A stretch of DNA of 53,287 nt from Chiloscyllium plagiosum (Eukaryota): NCBI RefSeq assembly GCF_004010195.1, contig NC_057719.1:60670581-60723867 (forward strand), in the 5' to 3' direction. The notes beneath the pieces are model-generated. The model had not been told where the DNA came from. It ran no database searches and saw nothing but the letters and a program-made list of their open reading frames with translations. How positions within the stretch are numbered: the stretch's first letter is position 1; every line of letters starts with the position of its first letter. This document shows positions 39,362 through 49,556 of this stretch, piece after piece. The position numbers and the translations under genes were made by a program.

Positions 39362-40160
39362 CACACCACATACTGATCAGAACGCCCTTGGCCAGCCTTC
39401 CTGCAGGACAGTCGTCGACCTTCCAGTCTCTGGCTGCCCTGCGTACTGACCAACCCTCCCCAGGCCTGCTTTCCTCCAGGCTGGTCATCAACCACACAGC
39501 TCCCAGTCACCTCATGTACTCACCGGACTACCCCAGGCCACTTTCCTACTGGCTGGTTGTTGGCCTTCTGCCTCCGGCCCCCTGCTTACTGACTGACTCT
39601 CCCCAGCTCACTTTTCTCCAGGATGGACATCAGCCACCGGCTCCTGGTCACCTTGCGTACTAACCAAACCACCCTCAACCTGCTTTCCTACAGTCAGACT
39701 GTTGGCCTTCCAGCATCCGGCTGCACCGCGTACTGACTGACCCTTTCCCCTGGCCAGCGTTCCTATGGACTGGCTATCAGCTGTCCGCCTCACTGCGTAC
39801 TGTCTGGTCCTCCCTCGGTCGGCCTTCCTATGCCTGCTCCCAGCTGGCTGGCTCAGCCTTCCCGCGTACTGACCAGCCTGCCCTATACCGGCTTTCCTGC
39901 GAGGACATTACCAGTTGCCTGGCCCTGCCCACACCGCATACTGATAGGCTCCTCCTGGCCCACTTTCCTCCAGGCCAGTCATCAACACTCCAGCCCCCAG
40001 CCATCCCGTGTACTGACTGCCGCTCCCTTGACCAGCTTTCCTACAGGCACGCTGTCAGCTGTCTAGCCCTCAGCCACCCTGCATACTAACAGACATCTCC
40101 CAACCCCCAGGCCGGTCATCAACCCTCCAGCTCATGGTTGCCCCACATACTGACTAGCCT
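39362..40160 (-). repeat. Diverged GC-rich tandem array, 12 units of ~72 bp, with predicted hairpins
   Basis: TACT core of the GCGTACTGAC motif at 39371, 39444, 39517, 39587, 39658, 39731, 39798, 39867, 39939, 40011, 40084, 40148; a CTTTCCT-like motif follows ~30 bp later in the first ten units. Confidence 0.9.
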
Positions 40161-40238
40161 ACTCTCAAACACAATTAATTACAGAAACCACATACAGTAA
40201 CAGAATTCACAAAATCCTCACAAGACAGTTGAATACCA

Positions 40239-40529
40239 AGGCAGAGTCCACACACCAGCAGCAAATACACATCCTACAGCACACATGCAGGTGTTCAGTC
40301 TCTTTAAAGGCCATGCCCATCCATAGAGAACCAGGCCCACTCACAGGAATGCAGTACATTGTGAAGCTGCAGTTCGCTCACAAAGGTTTGGTCAACTCTC
40401 GAAGGCAGAGTCCACAGCACACATGCAGGTGTTCAGTCTCCAGGGGTCTGGTCCATTCAAAGGACCAGGCCCACTCAGAGTGACAGTTAATTGCAAAAGC
40501 GCAGTTAACTCACAGGGTTTGGGCCACTC
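40239..40529. repeat. Two-copy tandem duplication (~160 and ~127 bp)
   Basis: aggcagagtccaca, cagcacacatgcaggtgttcagtctc and accaggcccactca each occur twice in the same order. Confidence 0.85.
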
Positions 40530-41019
40530 CAGGATGCAGCAGACAGACAGACACACACACACAGTCCAAACACCAAAAAAGTGAAAACAGATTCCAAAAC
40601 AAAAACAAAGAAAGCCAAAGTGCAAGGGCTATGCCCTGTCACAAAATCAACATAGTCCTTTTCTCAAAATAAAGGAAAAAAGACAGGCTGTAACTAGCCA
40701 GTGAAACAACAGGTCCTTGATAAGAACTGAGTTATACCTGAAACACATTGACTGTGTAGATCAGGCAGTTTAGAAATCAGCCCTCAATAAAAAAAGAATA
40801 CCAGTTAACAAACTGGCTAAGTAATTCAGCTAGTTCAGGAATCAGGTTCCCCTTCCCCCTACCCCCCCCCAAAAAAAAAAGCAGAAACCAAGAGCAGCAG
40901 TAATACACTGACTGTGACCAGCTAGCTCAGAGTCAGTCCCCTAAACTGATGAGACTCTAAATCTCCTGGTTATATCAGTTAGCCAGGGCTTTCCTGATTG
41001 TCCCAGGTTAACAGCCACA

Positions 41020-41330
41020 TGCTGACTGTGGCCCAGCCAGTACAGAGCTGCCTTCTTAAACCACAATGTTGTTGGGGAGGGAGTTCTAGAATTTTCATCC
41101 TGTGACGGGGAATGAACGGTGCTATATTTCCAAGTCAGGAAGCTGAATGACTTGGTATGGATTTTAAAGGTGTTGATGTTCCCATGTAGGTGCTCTTGTC
41201 TTGTGGTCGTGGGTTTCGTAGGTGTTATCAAACGGGCCTTCATGAAGAGCTGCAGTGCATCTTTTGGATGGTACACACTGCTGCTACTAAGCATCAGTAC
41301 TGGAGGGACTGAATGTCACCACATTTACAA
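41020..41330 (-). mobile_element. LINE (CR1/L2 group) 3' fragment
   Basis: Reverse complement of the family at 30620-30900. Confidence 0.6.
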
Positions 41331-41389
41331 ACAATCAAGTGTCTTGTATGATGTTTAACATTTCAGTATAACTTAGGAACTTTATGCTT

Positions 41390-42350
41390 CAGTCATATAA
41401 AGCAATGTGAGACTGTATCTGGTGCACTTGTACAGTATTGGTTTCCTTATTTAAGGACAAGGCAAGTGGTGAGGATGATATCAAGAGTCTGCAGAGGAGA
41501 GAGACAGGCTAAGTGAATGGGCAAAAATGTGACACATGGAATACACTGTGGTAAAATGTGAGGTCTATACTTTGACAGGAAGAATTAAAAAGCTGAATAC
41601 TATTTAAATTGAGAAAGACTGCTAAAAGGTATAAATCAGAGGGATTTGGGAGTCCTCACATATAAATCACAACAAGCTGGCATAAAAATTCAGCAGGTAA
41701 TAGGGAAAGTAAATGGTAATAAATGATATTTATTTCAAAGGGAATGGAGTATAGAAATAAAGTGTGCTTGCTAGAATTATACAAGGCAGTTGTCAGACTG
41801 CAGCTGTAATGCTGTGAACAGATTTGGGTCACTTGTCTAAGAAAAGATCAACTGGCATTTGAGGTAGTCCAGAAAAGGTTCATTATGCTGATCCGAGGAT
41901 GGAGGGACTGTCTTATGAGGAAAGGTTAAGTAGGTTGGGCCTCTACTCATTGGAGTTTATGAAGAATGAGAGGTGACCTTTTGAAACATACAAGATTCTG
42001 AGGGGACTCCACAGGGTAGATGTGAAAAGGTTGTTTTCCCTTGTGAGATATTCTAGGACTAGAGAACATAATACCAAAATAAAGGGTTCCCTATTGAGGA
42101 CAGGGAAAGAGAACTTGTTTTCCCTCAAATTTGTGATAATTTATACTGCAGATAGCTTTCAAGGCTGAGTCATTAAGTATATTTAAAGCTGAGATGGATA
42201 GATTTTTAATTATTAAGGCAATCAAGGGTTATGAGAGAAAGGGAGCATAGTGGAGTGAAGGATTATTAAATCAGCTGTGATTTCAGTGAATGGTGCAGCA
42301 GACCCGAAAGGCTGAATGGTTTACTGTTGGTCCTACATCTTATGGTTTTA
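41390..42350 (+). mobile_element. Degenerate CR1 3' region
   Basis: RLSEWAKM*HMEYTVVKCEV; GLSYEERLSRLGLYSLEF; tail tcttatggt. Confidence 0.85.
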
Positions 42351-43029
42351 CAATTATATGATGCAAATGCACCAAACCAGTTCAAAGCACATTTATCAGA
42401 CTAACATTTAGAATTGGCAGGTTGTTTTACAAGAAAAGCTTGATATGCCATGCTTATATACATGAGAGTTTAAAAGATTAAGAGTCAACTTAATCGAAAC
42501 GTATAAGATCCAGAGACACCTTGATCAGATCGAATGGATAATTACTCTTCTGAGAATCTAGAACTCAGGGTTGCTATTTAATAACAGGATGCCATAGGAG
42601 TCTAAATGCAGACTAGGTGACCACTTTGTTGAACTCGTCTGCTCTGTCTGTAAGAAAGACTAATCCTCCAGTTGCATGTCATTTCAATACATTATCTTGC
42701 TCACAAGCTAACATTTCCATCCTTGACCTGCAGCAATCTTCTAGCAAAGCCTAATGTAAGCTGTAGGAATGGCAACTCATTTTCCACTTAGGTACTTTAC
42801 AGCCTTCAGGACTCAACACTGAGTTCAACAACTTCATATTATAAATATCGTCCTCTATTGTGATTAGACAGCCTTCCAATGGAGTGTCTTGCTTGCACAG
42901 TTTGCTCTCAGCAGAGCTGACATTTTTTTTACTATTCAGGACCAGGATAGACAATTGTTCTGCATCGATATCAATCATCTACCATTGTTAGCACTCCTTT
43001 TGTCTTATGCTCATCATCTGTTCTACTTG

Positions 43030-43787
43030 CAATTCAGGCAGCATCCGAAGACAGGCAAAATCGACGTTTCGGGCAAAAGCCCTTCATCAGGAATAAAGGC
43101 AGAGAGCCTGAAGCGTGGAGAGATAAGCTAGAGGAGGGTGGGGGTGGGGAGAGAGTGGCATAGAGTACAATAGGTCAGTGGGGAAGGAGATGAAGGTGAT
43201 AGGTCAGGGAGGAGAGGGTGGAGTGGATAGGTGGAAAAGGAGCGGGGCAGGGGGGACAGGTCAGGGGATCGAGTTTCTGAAGGTTAGAAGCTAGGATGAG
43301 GTGGGGGAAGGAGATGTTCCCTAAAGTGCTCTGCTAGGAGGCGCCCAGTCTCCCCAATGTTGAGGAGACCGCATCGGGAGCAACGGGTACAATAGATGAT
43401 ATTAGTGGATGTGCAGGTAAAATTTTGATGGATGTGGAAGGCTCCTTTATGGCCTTGGATGGAGGTGAGGGAGGAGGTGTGGGCGCAGGTTTTACAGTTC
43501 CTGCGGTGGCAGGGGAAAGTGCCAGGATGGGAGGGTGGGTCGTAGGGGGGCGTGGACCTGACCAGGTAGTCACGGAGGGAACGGTCTTTGCGGAAGGCGG
43601 AGAGGGGTGGAGGGAAATATATCCCTGGTGATGGGGTCTGTTTGGAGGTGGCGGAAATGTCGGCGGATGATTTGGTTTATGCGAAGGTTGGTAGGGTGGA
43701 AGGGTTGGTAGGGTGCTCCAGCTGTGCTCTTCCAGCACCACTGATCCAGAATCTGGTTTCCAGCATCTGCAGTCATTGTTTTTACCT
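43030..43787 (-). mobile_element. Young Penelope-like insertion with inverted 5' end and 14-bp TSD
   Basis: atctgttctacttg at 43016-43029 and 43788-43801; CpG-rich; minus strand FHPTNLRINQIIRRHFRHLQTDP; plus-oriented terminal-repeat piece at ~43715-43787. Confidence 0.9.
43059..43094 (-). ncRNA. Minimal hammerhead ribozyme motif (Penelope-type)
   Basis: CUGAUGA-A-GGGC(uuuu)GCCC-GAA-ACGU-C; stem I is weak. Confidence 0.7.
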
Positions 43788-45324
43788 ATCTGTTCTACTT
43801 GGTCCTCCTCTTTCCCCTTTATCAACAGCATAGAAACCATCATATTCTAGATCCCTCCATTTCTGATGAAGAGTCATATTAGACCAGAAACTCTGTTTCT
43901 CTCTCCGTAGATGCTGCCAAACATAATGAGTTTAGTTTTTGCTTTCGATCTCCAGCTTGTGCAGTACTTTGTTTCATCATTGTTCTGCCAAATCAGTCTA
44001 GGAGACTAAGACATGGCCAATTGTGGGGGTTTGCTCACGGAGCTTATCGAGAGCACTCCATGCAGTCCTGGGGAATAGGGGAAAGCCAGGCCTGTGATGG
44101 GCTTCATTGAACTAGGTGGGGAGGATTAAAGTAAAAAGGAGAAATTCTAGATAGAAGTGTTGAATCTCATAGATCATAGGAGGGGGCTGGGAACTCAGGT
44201 AAGACTGGGGGTCGTGAGGATGTCACAGGTCATGGTACTCTGGCCTCCACATAGGTAAGCTGTATCACCACAAAGACATGACAATTACAAAGTCCTGGGC
44301 TCTGGGTTAAATTGGGGACTTTATAATTATAGAAAGGACCTCAAGGTAAGCAGAGGAGGTTTAAGATCATAGCAATCACAGGGACTTGAACACAATGGGG
44401 AACATGAAGGATGGGGAAATATCTTGCGTCTCAGGCAGAGCCTGCAACTCACTCACAAGAACACAAAACTGGAATCTTACCACCTTGGTTCAACACTCAA
44501 ATGCACAAAATAGCTGTGATCACATACAAAGGGGGCAGAAAAAGTTATTGGTATTTCTTTTGGAGTAGAAAAAAATCAGGTCAATTGCAAGAATTGTAAC
44601 TTTAGTGATTCAATAATACCATCCATCTGTTTTCAATTTACACTTTATCAGCAGCTCATTCATTGTCCAAGAAGACACAATAAGAATTATAGCCTCAAAT
44701 AATAACAACAATTGTATTGTGCACACAAATTGTCTCTTTGTCATGTGAGCTACACAAATAAAATCAGACAAAAGTACTTAGAAGTATCATCTGAGATTTT
44801 CCTTTCAGAGACACATTGCACATCCAGGGCTGGAAGACAACGTCTTGCAGCTGCCATATTTATATACTGAACTAAGAAAGCAAAGGGCATAGTGTGTGAC
44901 GTTTATATGGGTGCCTTCAATAAAACTGCAATGTCCTTCTAAGCTTCCCTGCAGATGATCTGATATGGACATTGCTGTGAGGAATCCTGTGGTCTTGCTT
45001 CAAATATGAATACAGCGTAGAAAAACGCAGCAATTACAATTTTGTCAGAAAGTCCATCGAGAACAGTAATCTCCAGCAGCTGCTGCACACCTTCCAGAAG
45101 AAAACGCAGCAACCAAGGTCAACCAAGGAGGTGGAGGAGAATGATAAGATCCTGAATCTATAGGCTTCACAGTCATTTGCTTCACCTATCTGAAATACAG
45201 TGCAGGTGCCAATAAAAAATGTATGAATCCATCGTGTTGTTGGCATCTACTGCAGTATGGTTTGTGTTCAGAAGAACTGGGTAGAGACCTCATCTGGGGC
45301 AATTAAGGTCACAGCTTCCGGAAC

Positions 45325-45690
45325 CTTATAGAGATACAAAATTATGAGGGGATGGATAGGTTAAATAGACAAAGTCTTTTCCTTGGGGTCGGGGAGTCCA
45401 GAATTAGAGGGCATAGGTTTAGGGTGAGAGGGGAAAGATACAAAAGAGACCCAAAGGGCACCTTTTTCACACAGAGGGTGGTGCTTGTGTGGAATGAGCT
45501 GCCAGACGAAATGGTGGAGGCTGGTACAATTGCAACATTTAAAAGGTATTTGGATGGGTATATGAATAGGAAGGGTTTGGAAGGATATGGGCCGAGTGCT
45601 GGCAGGTGGGACTAGATTGGGTTGGGATATCTGGTTGGCATGGATGGGTTAGACCAAAGAGTCTATTTCCATGCTGTGCATCTCATGACT
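45325..45690 (+). mobile_element. CR1 LINE 3' end
   Basis: MDRLNRQSLF..RIRGHRFRVRGERYK..FFTQRVVLVWNELP..FKRYLDGYM. Confidence 0.9.
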
Positions 45691-45734
45691 CAATGGATTA
45701 TTCTAAGGAGCAACCAAGGATCTGTGTAGCATCG

Positions 45735-45915
45735 AGGAGAAAGTGAGGACTGCAGATGCTGGAGATCAGAGCTGAAAATGTGTTGCTGAAAAAGCGCAGC
45801 AGGTCAGGCAGCATCCAAGGAACAGGAGAATCGATGTTTCGGGCATAAGCCCTTCTTCAGGAATTCAGGAGTTTTTAAGCTCTGATCTCCAGCATCTGCA
45901 GTCCTCACTTTTTTC
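45735..45915 (-). mobile_element. Penelope-like terminal repeat with 34-bp perfect inverted ends and hammerhead core
   Basis: aaagtgaggactgcagatgctggagatcagagct (45739-45772) is mirrored at 45878-45911; minus CUGAAGA-A-GGGC(uuau)GCCC-GAAACAUC at 45829-45864. Confidence 0.8.
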
Positions 45916-46931
45916 CCTAATGTTTAATCTGTCCAATGACTGATGAAACACAATCTTACCATACAAAATAAATGAAGATCAAATAAACCAAACTATTTAC
46001 ATACAGTACATATTTAATTCTGAATATTAAATATTCTGAAAAAGCACCCCATTACAGTATTCACACCAGGAGATAATTTCCTTCTCCATTACCTCAGAAG
46101 GGCTCAATTAAACTAAGGTTTTAAATGCCAGACTTCAGAATCTGATCATCTCTTCCTTTCATCCTCATACAACTAACCTTGAACTTTCTCACCTTCAAAT
46201 AACTTTTAGCCAAACACTTCTGGTCTGTAACTTTTACAAAACTCATCACATTTATGTATCTTATTTTTAACAATTTTAAATAAACTATCTTCTCTCTTTC
46301 TGAGAAGCAACTGTTTTATACCCGAAGCTTTAAAACTGGCTGGAATTTCCAAAGTACACGTGTTTCCCTTAATTAAAAGGACAAAATGAAATCTTTATCT
46401 TCTAAACTAGAGCCTAATTTACAACAGTTTATATTGGTTGTTCAGAAAATTCTCCCAATGTAAACAAAAACTCATAACTCTCCAGCAAGTCATTTCTCAC
46501 ACTGCTTCAAAAGAAAACAACATGGCTACAGGAATAATGACAAGTTAATCATTAAACTCCTTAATTTCAAGGTTCTCATCTGCAATATTGCTTGCCTTTC
46601 TAGGCCATTTCCATAGGAATGAAGGTGCGGGGCATGTATGAGATAGTTTGTAGCTTACAGCATCTGAAGGGGTGTGCACTTTGGCTTGATATACAGCATT
46701 AGTGGCATGAACATCAGAAGATCCTCACAGAGGTGAGTACTTATATCTGTCCTGCTGCATGTTTCCACGAGTAAGGTGCTGAAGAGCTCAGTTGCATAAG
46801 TAATGAGATGAAGAGCAGAAGATTATGTGAGAATTGTCATTTCATGTCATGATGAATGGCACACCAGAAGTCTCACATGACAAAACGCCTGAACTGAAAA
46901 TGGGAAAATACAGCTCTATGCTTTCTTAGTT

Positions 46932-47217
46932 CATAGAATCCTTACAGTGTGGAGGCAGGTCATTTGGCCCATCAAGTCCATATCCACCTTCCAAAGAGCA
47001 TCCCACCTAGATCCTATCAACCCCTATCCTATCCCTGTAGCCCTGCAAGTCCCCTGGCCAATCCACCTAAACTGCATGTCTTTGAACTGTGGGAGGAAAC
47101 CCGCGAAGACACAGGGAGAATGTGCAAGCTCCACACAGTCACCTGAGGATGGAATGGAACCTGGGTCTGTGGTGCTGTGAGGTAGCAGTGCTAGCCACTC
47201 AGCCACTGTGCCACCCC
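46932..47217 (-). mobile_element. HE1-like tRNA-derived SINE (V-SINE superfamily)
   Basis: Head gggtggcacagtggctgagtggctagcactgct, B-box-like ggttccattcc, V-domain tgtgtggagcttgcacattctccc, CR1-derived tail. Confidence 0.85.
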
Positions 47218-48139
47218 TGTCATCAGAGTAAAAGACTTTCATAACTCTTATCCACAAAACAACAAAAACTCTTTTTTATTGTTGAACAACAAACTTTCAA
47301 AATGAATAAAATATAAACCTATTGTATTTATTCTTTTGAATCAGTCAACATTTCAGACATTAACAACTTGATTATTAATGAAGTTTGGAATTGAATGACT
47401 TTCCTAACATGAAGGTAGCTCCTGCCAGGATGAATGGTAATAAATTTGATTCGAATTATTAGGCTTATCTCAGCACATGATTTGTTCTCAAACTTATGGA
47501 CAATTTGGTTGTTATGAGGTTGTTTATTCAGTCTTCAGATCACTTTCCAATTAGTTCAATCTAGTCATATAATAACATAAAGACATCAATTTCCTTGTTA
47601 CCTTTTCACATCATAATCAATTTTCCTGTAAAATAATAGCTGAGTTGTTTTCGAATCTGACCAGAATAGTTCCAGGAAACAATGGCACTGGAACACTCCA
47701 TACATTTATTTTTGAGATATTGCATGGCTCCAAACTCCATTCCAATGCTACCTCTGGCTTCATGCCCCCCATCATTATGTCAGCCCCAACTACAACTATG
47801 CACAGTTGCCAGTACAATGGGGTGATTACTCCAGACCAAAAGTAGATGCTCTTAAGCAACCAAAACCAGCTAAACTGCTAAGCACACAAGGAAAAACAAT
47901 ATTGCTTCAGCTCAACTGCCCACTCCAGCTTGTACTTCAGGTTTCAATCTTATTTTGGACCAATGCGCTCTGTTTCACGCTTAAGCAAAGGTTCCAACTG
48001 TACACATAGGTTAACAGTTAAAACTTGCATTAGAATTTTATAATAAAGGATCTATTTCTAAGGCAGATATTCAACTTTTGTGCTTAAGTAGCCTGTTTCA
48101 GGCAACAAGACTACTCGCCTGCCTGAGGGTGTTACACTT

Positions 48140-48525
48140 GAACACATGCAGAATGCCATACACAGTAAATAAGCTTATAGTGTAGGTTGAAATTGACATG
48201 TATGATGTTGTGGGTGTCTCAGAAATGTCAGAAACCCAAATCTCCAAGGATGCATGTCCATCGAAAGGATAGGCAGATGGGCTGAGGGGGTGGGTTTTGT
48301 AAGAAATCAAATTAAATCGATAGCAAGAAGTGATTATAGATTTGGAAGGCATAGAATCTGGATGGGTAGAGTTGACGAATCACAAAAGACAAAAGACCAT
48401 AATGGGAGTTATGTACGTGTCTCCTAGCAGTAATCAGGATATGGGACAAAAAATAAATCAGGAGTCAGAAAATGATTGTAACCAAGGCACGATTACAAAA
48501 ATTACTGGGGAAATCACGGGGAATT
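48140..48525 (+). mobile_element. CR1 endonuclease-domain fragment
   Basis: YDVVGVSE..IESGWVELTNHKRQKTIMGVMYVSPSS. Confidence 0.65.
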
Positions 48526-48642
48526 CCTGAGAACTAAAATTGGGAACCAGTACTCGTTAACCATAACGGATGTGTCTTCCAGATTTCCGGAGGCAATTCC
48601 ATTACGGAGTGTGAAGGCAAAAAGGGTAGGAGAGGAGTTAGT

Positions 48643-49556
48643 TCTTTGAAGAGGTGACAAGTAGGTTAGACCGGGGAAACCCAGTGGATGTGGTCTACCT
48701 AAACAAATCTACCTTGGTCATCTAGTCTTTGCAAAACTGTCCATTTTCCAATTGTCTTTCTTTCCACCATATTCTCATGAACATAGTGTTATTCTCAAAT
48801 CTGTGACCATCTTCCTAATAATTCCAGGTGTGGATTCCTTGAATCAGGGTTCCAGGCTGGCTACTAGGCTGAAATAAAGTCATAGATTCATAGAGGTCTA
48901 CAGCACAGGAAGAGGCCTTTTGGCCCATCGAGTCTGTGCCAGTCAAAAGGCAACCACCTCCTATTCTAGTCCCATTTTCCAGCACTTGGCGCATAATCTT
49001 GGATGCCTTGGCACCACAAGTTCACATTGAAATAATTATTAAATGTTATGAGGATTCTTAAGACCATAAAACCATAAGACATAGGTGTGGAAGTAAGGCC
49101 ATTCGGCCCATCGAGTCCACTCTGCCATTCAATCATGGCTGATGGGCATTTCAACGCCACTTACCCGCACTCTCCCCATATCCCTTAATTCCTTGAGAGA
49201 TGGCTTGGAGAGGGTGGACGCTAGGAAATTTTTCTGTTAGGCGAGGAGTTGTTTCCGTTAGGCGAGGAGACTAGAATTAGAGGGGGTAAATTCAGAACAG
49301 AAATGTGGAGACATTTCTTCAGCCAGAGAATGGTGGGCCTGTGGAATTCATTGCCACAGAGTGCAGTGGAGGCTGGGACGCTAAATGTCTTCAAGGCAGA
49401 AATTGATAAATTCTTGATGTCACAAGGAATTAAGGGCTACGGGGAGAATGCGGGTAAGTGGAGTTGAAATGCCTATCAGCCATGATTGAATGGCGGAGTG
49501 GACTTGATGCGCTGAATGGCCTTACTTCCGCTCCTATGTCTTATGGTCTTATGGTC
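48643..49556. mobile_element. Cluster of CR1 fragments inserted in the Gypsy integrase
   Basis: FEEVTSRLDRGNPVDVVYL piece, two minus-strand tails (48880-49197) and a plus 3' end (49200-49556); integrase resumes after duplicated tagt. Confidence 0.8.

Larger units (their letters stand above)
39090..40896 (-). mobile_element. Unclassified non-coding poly(A)-tailed insertion containing tandem arrays
   Basis: Minus-strand AATAAA (39110-39115) then A-rich tail; flanked by diverged ~72-bp direct repeats (39017-39088, 40897-40968); no recognisable ORF. Confidence 0.55.
42590..43980 (+). mobile_element. Old Penelope-like 3' fragment split by a younger element
   Basis: KCRLGDHFVE, HFPLRYFTAFRTQ-region GIY-YIG tail remnants; decayed hammerhead ctgatgaagagtcatattagaccagaaac at 43863. 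Confidence 0.65.

Noticed and set aside
39388..40066. Protein-coding repeat ORFs over the array
   Set aside because: Unit lengths (64-73) are mostly not multiples of three and ORFs are short and Pro/Ser-rich.
39362..40160. CRISPR array
   Set aside because: Repeats are degenerate, the intervening parts are homologous to each other, there are no cas genes and the context is a vertebrate intron.
40944..40960. Hammerhead from ctgatgag
   Set aside because: No GAAA follows the short stem; it lies in the flanking repeat.
47140..47217. tRNA gene
   Set aside because: It is the tRNA-derived head of an HE1-type SINE, continuous with V-domain and LINE tail.
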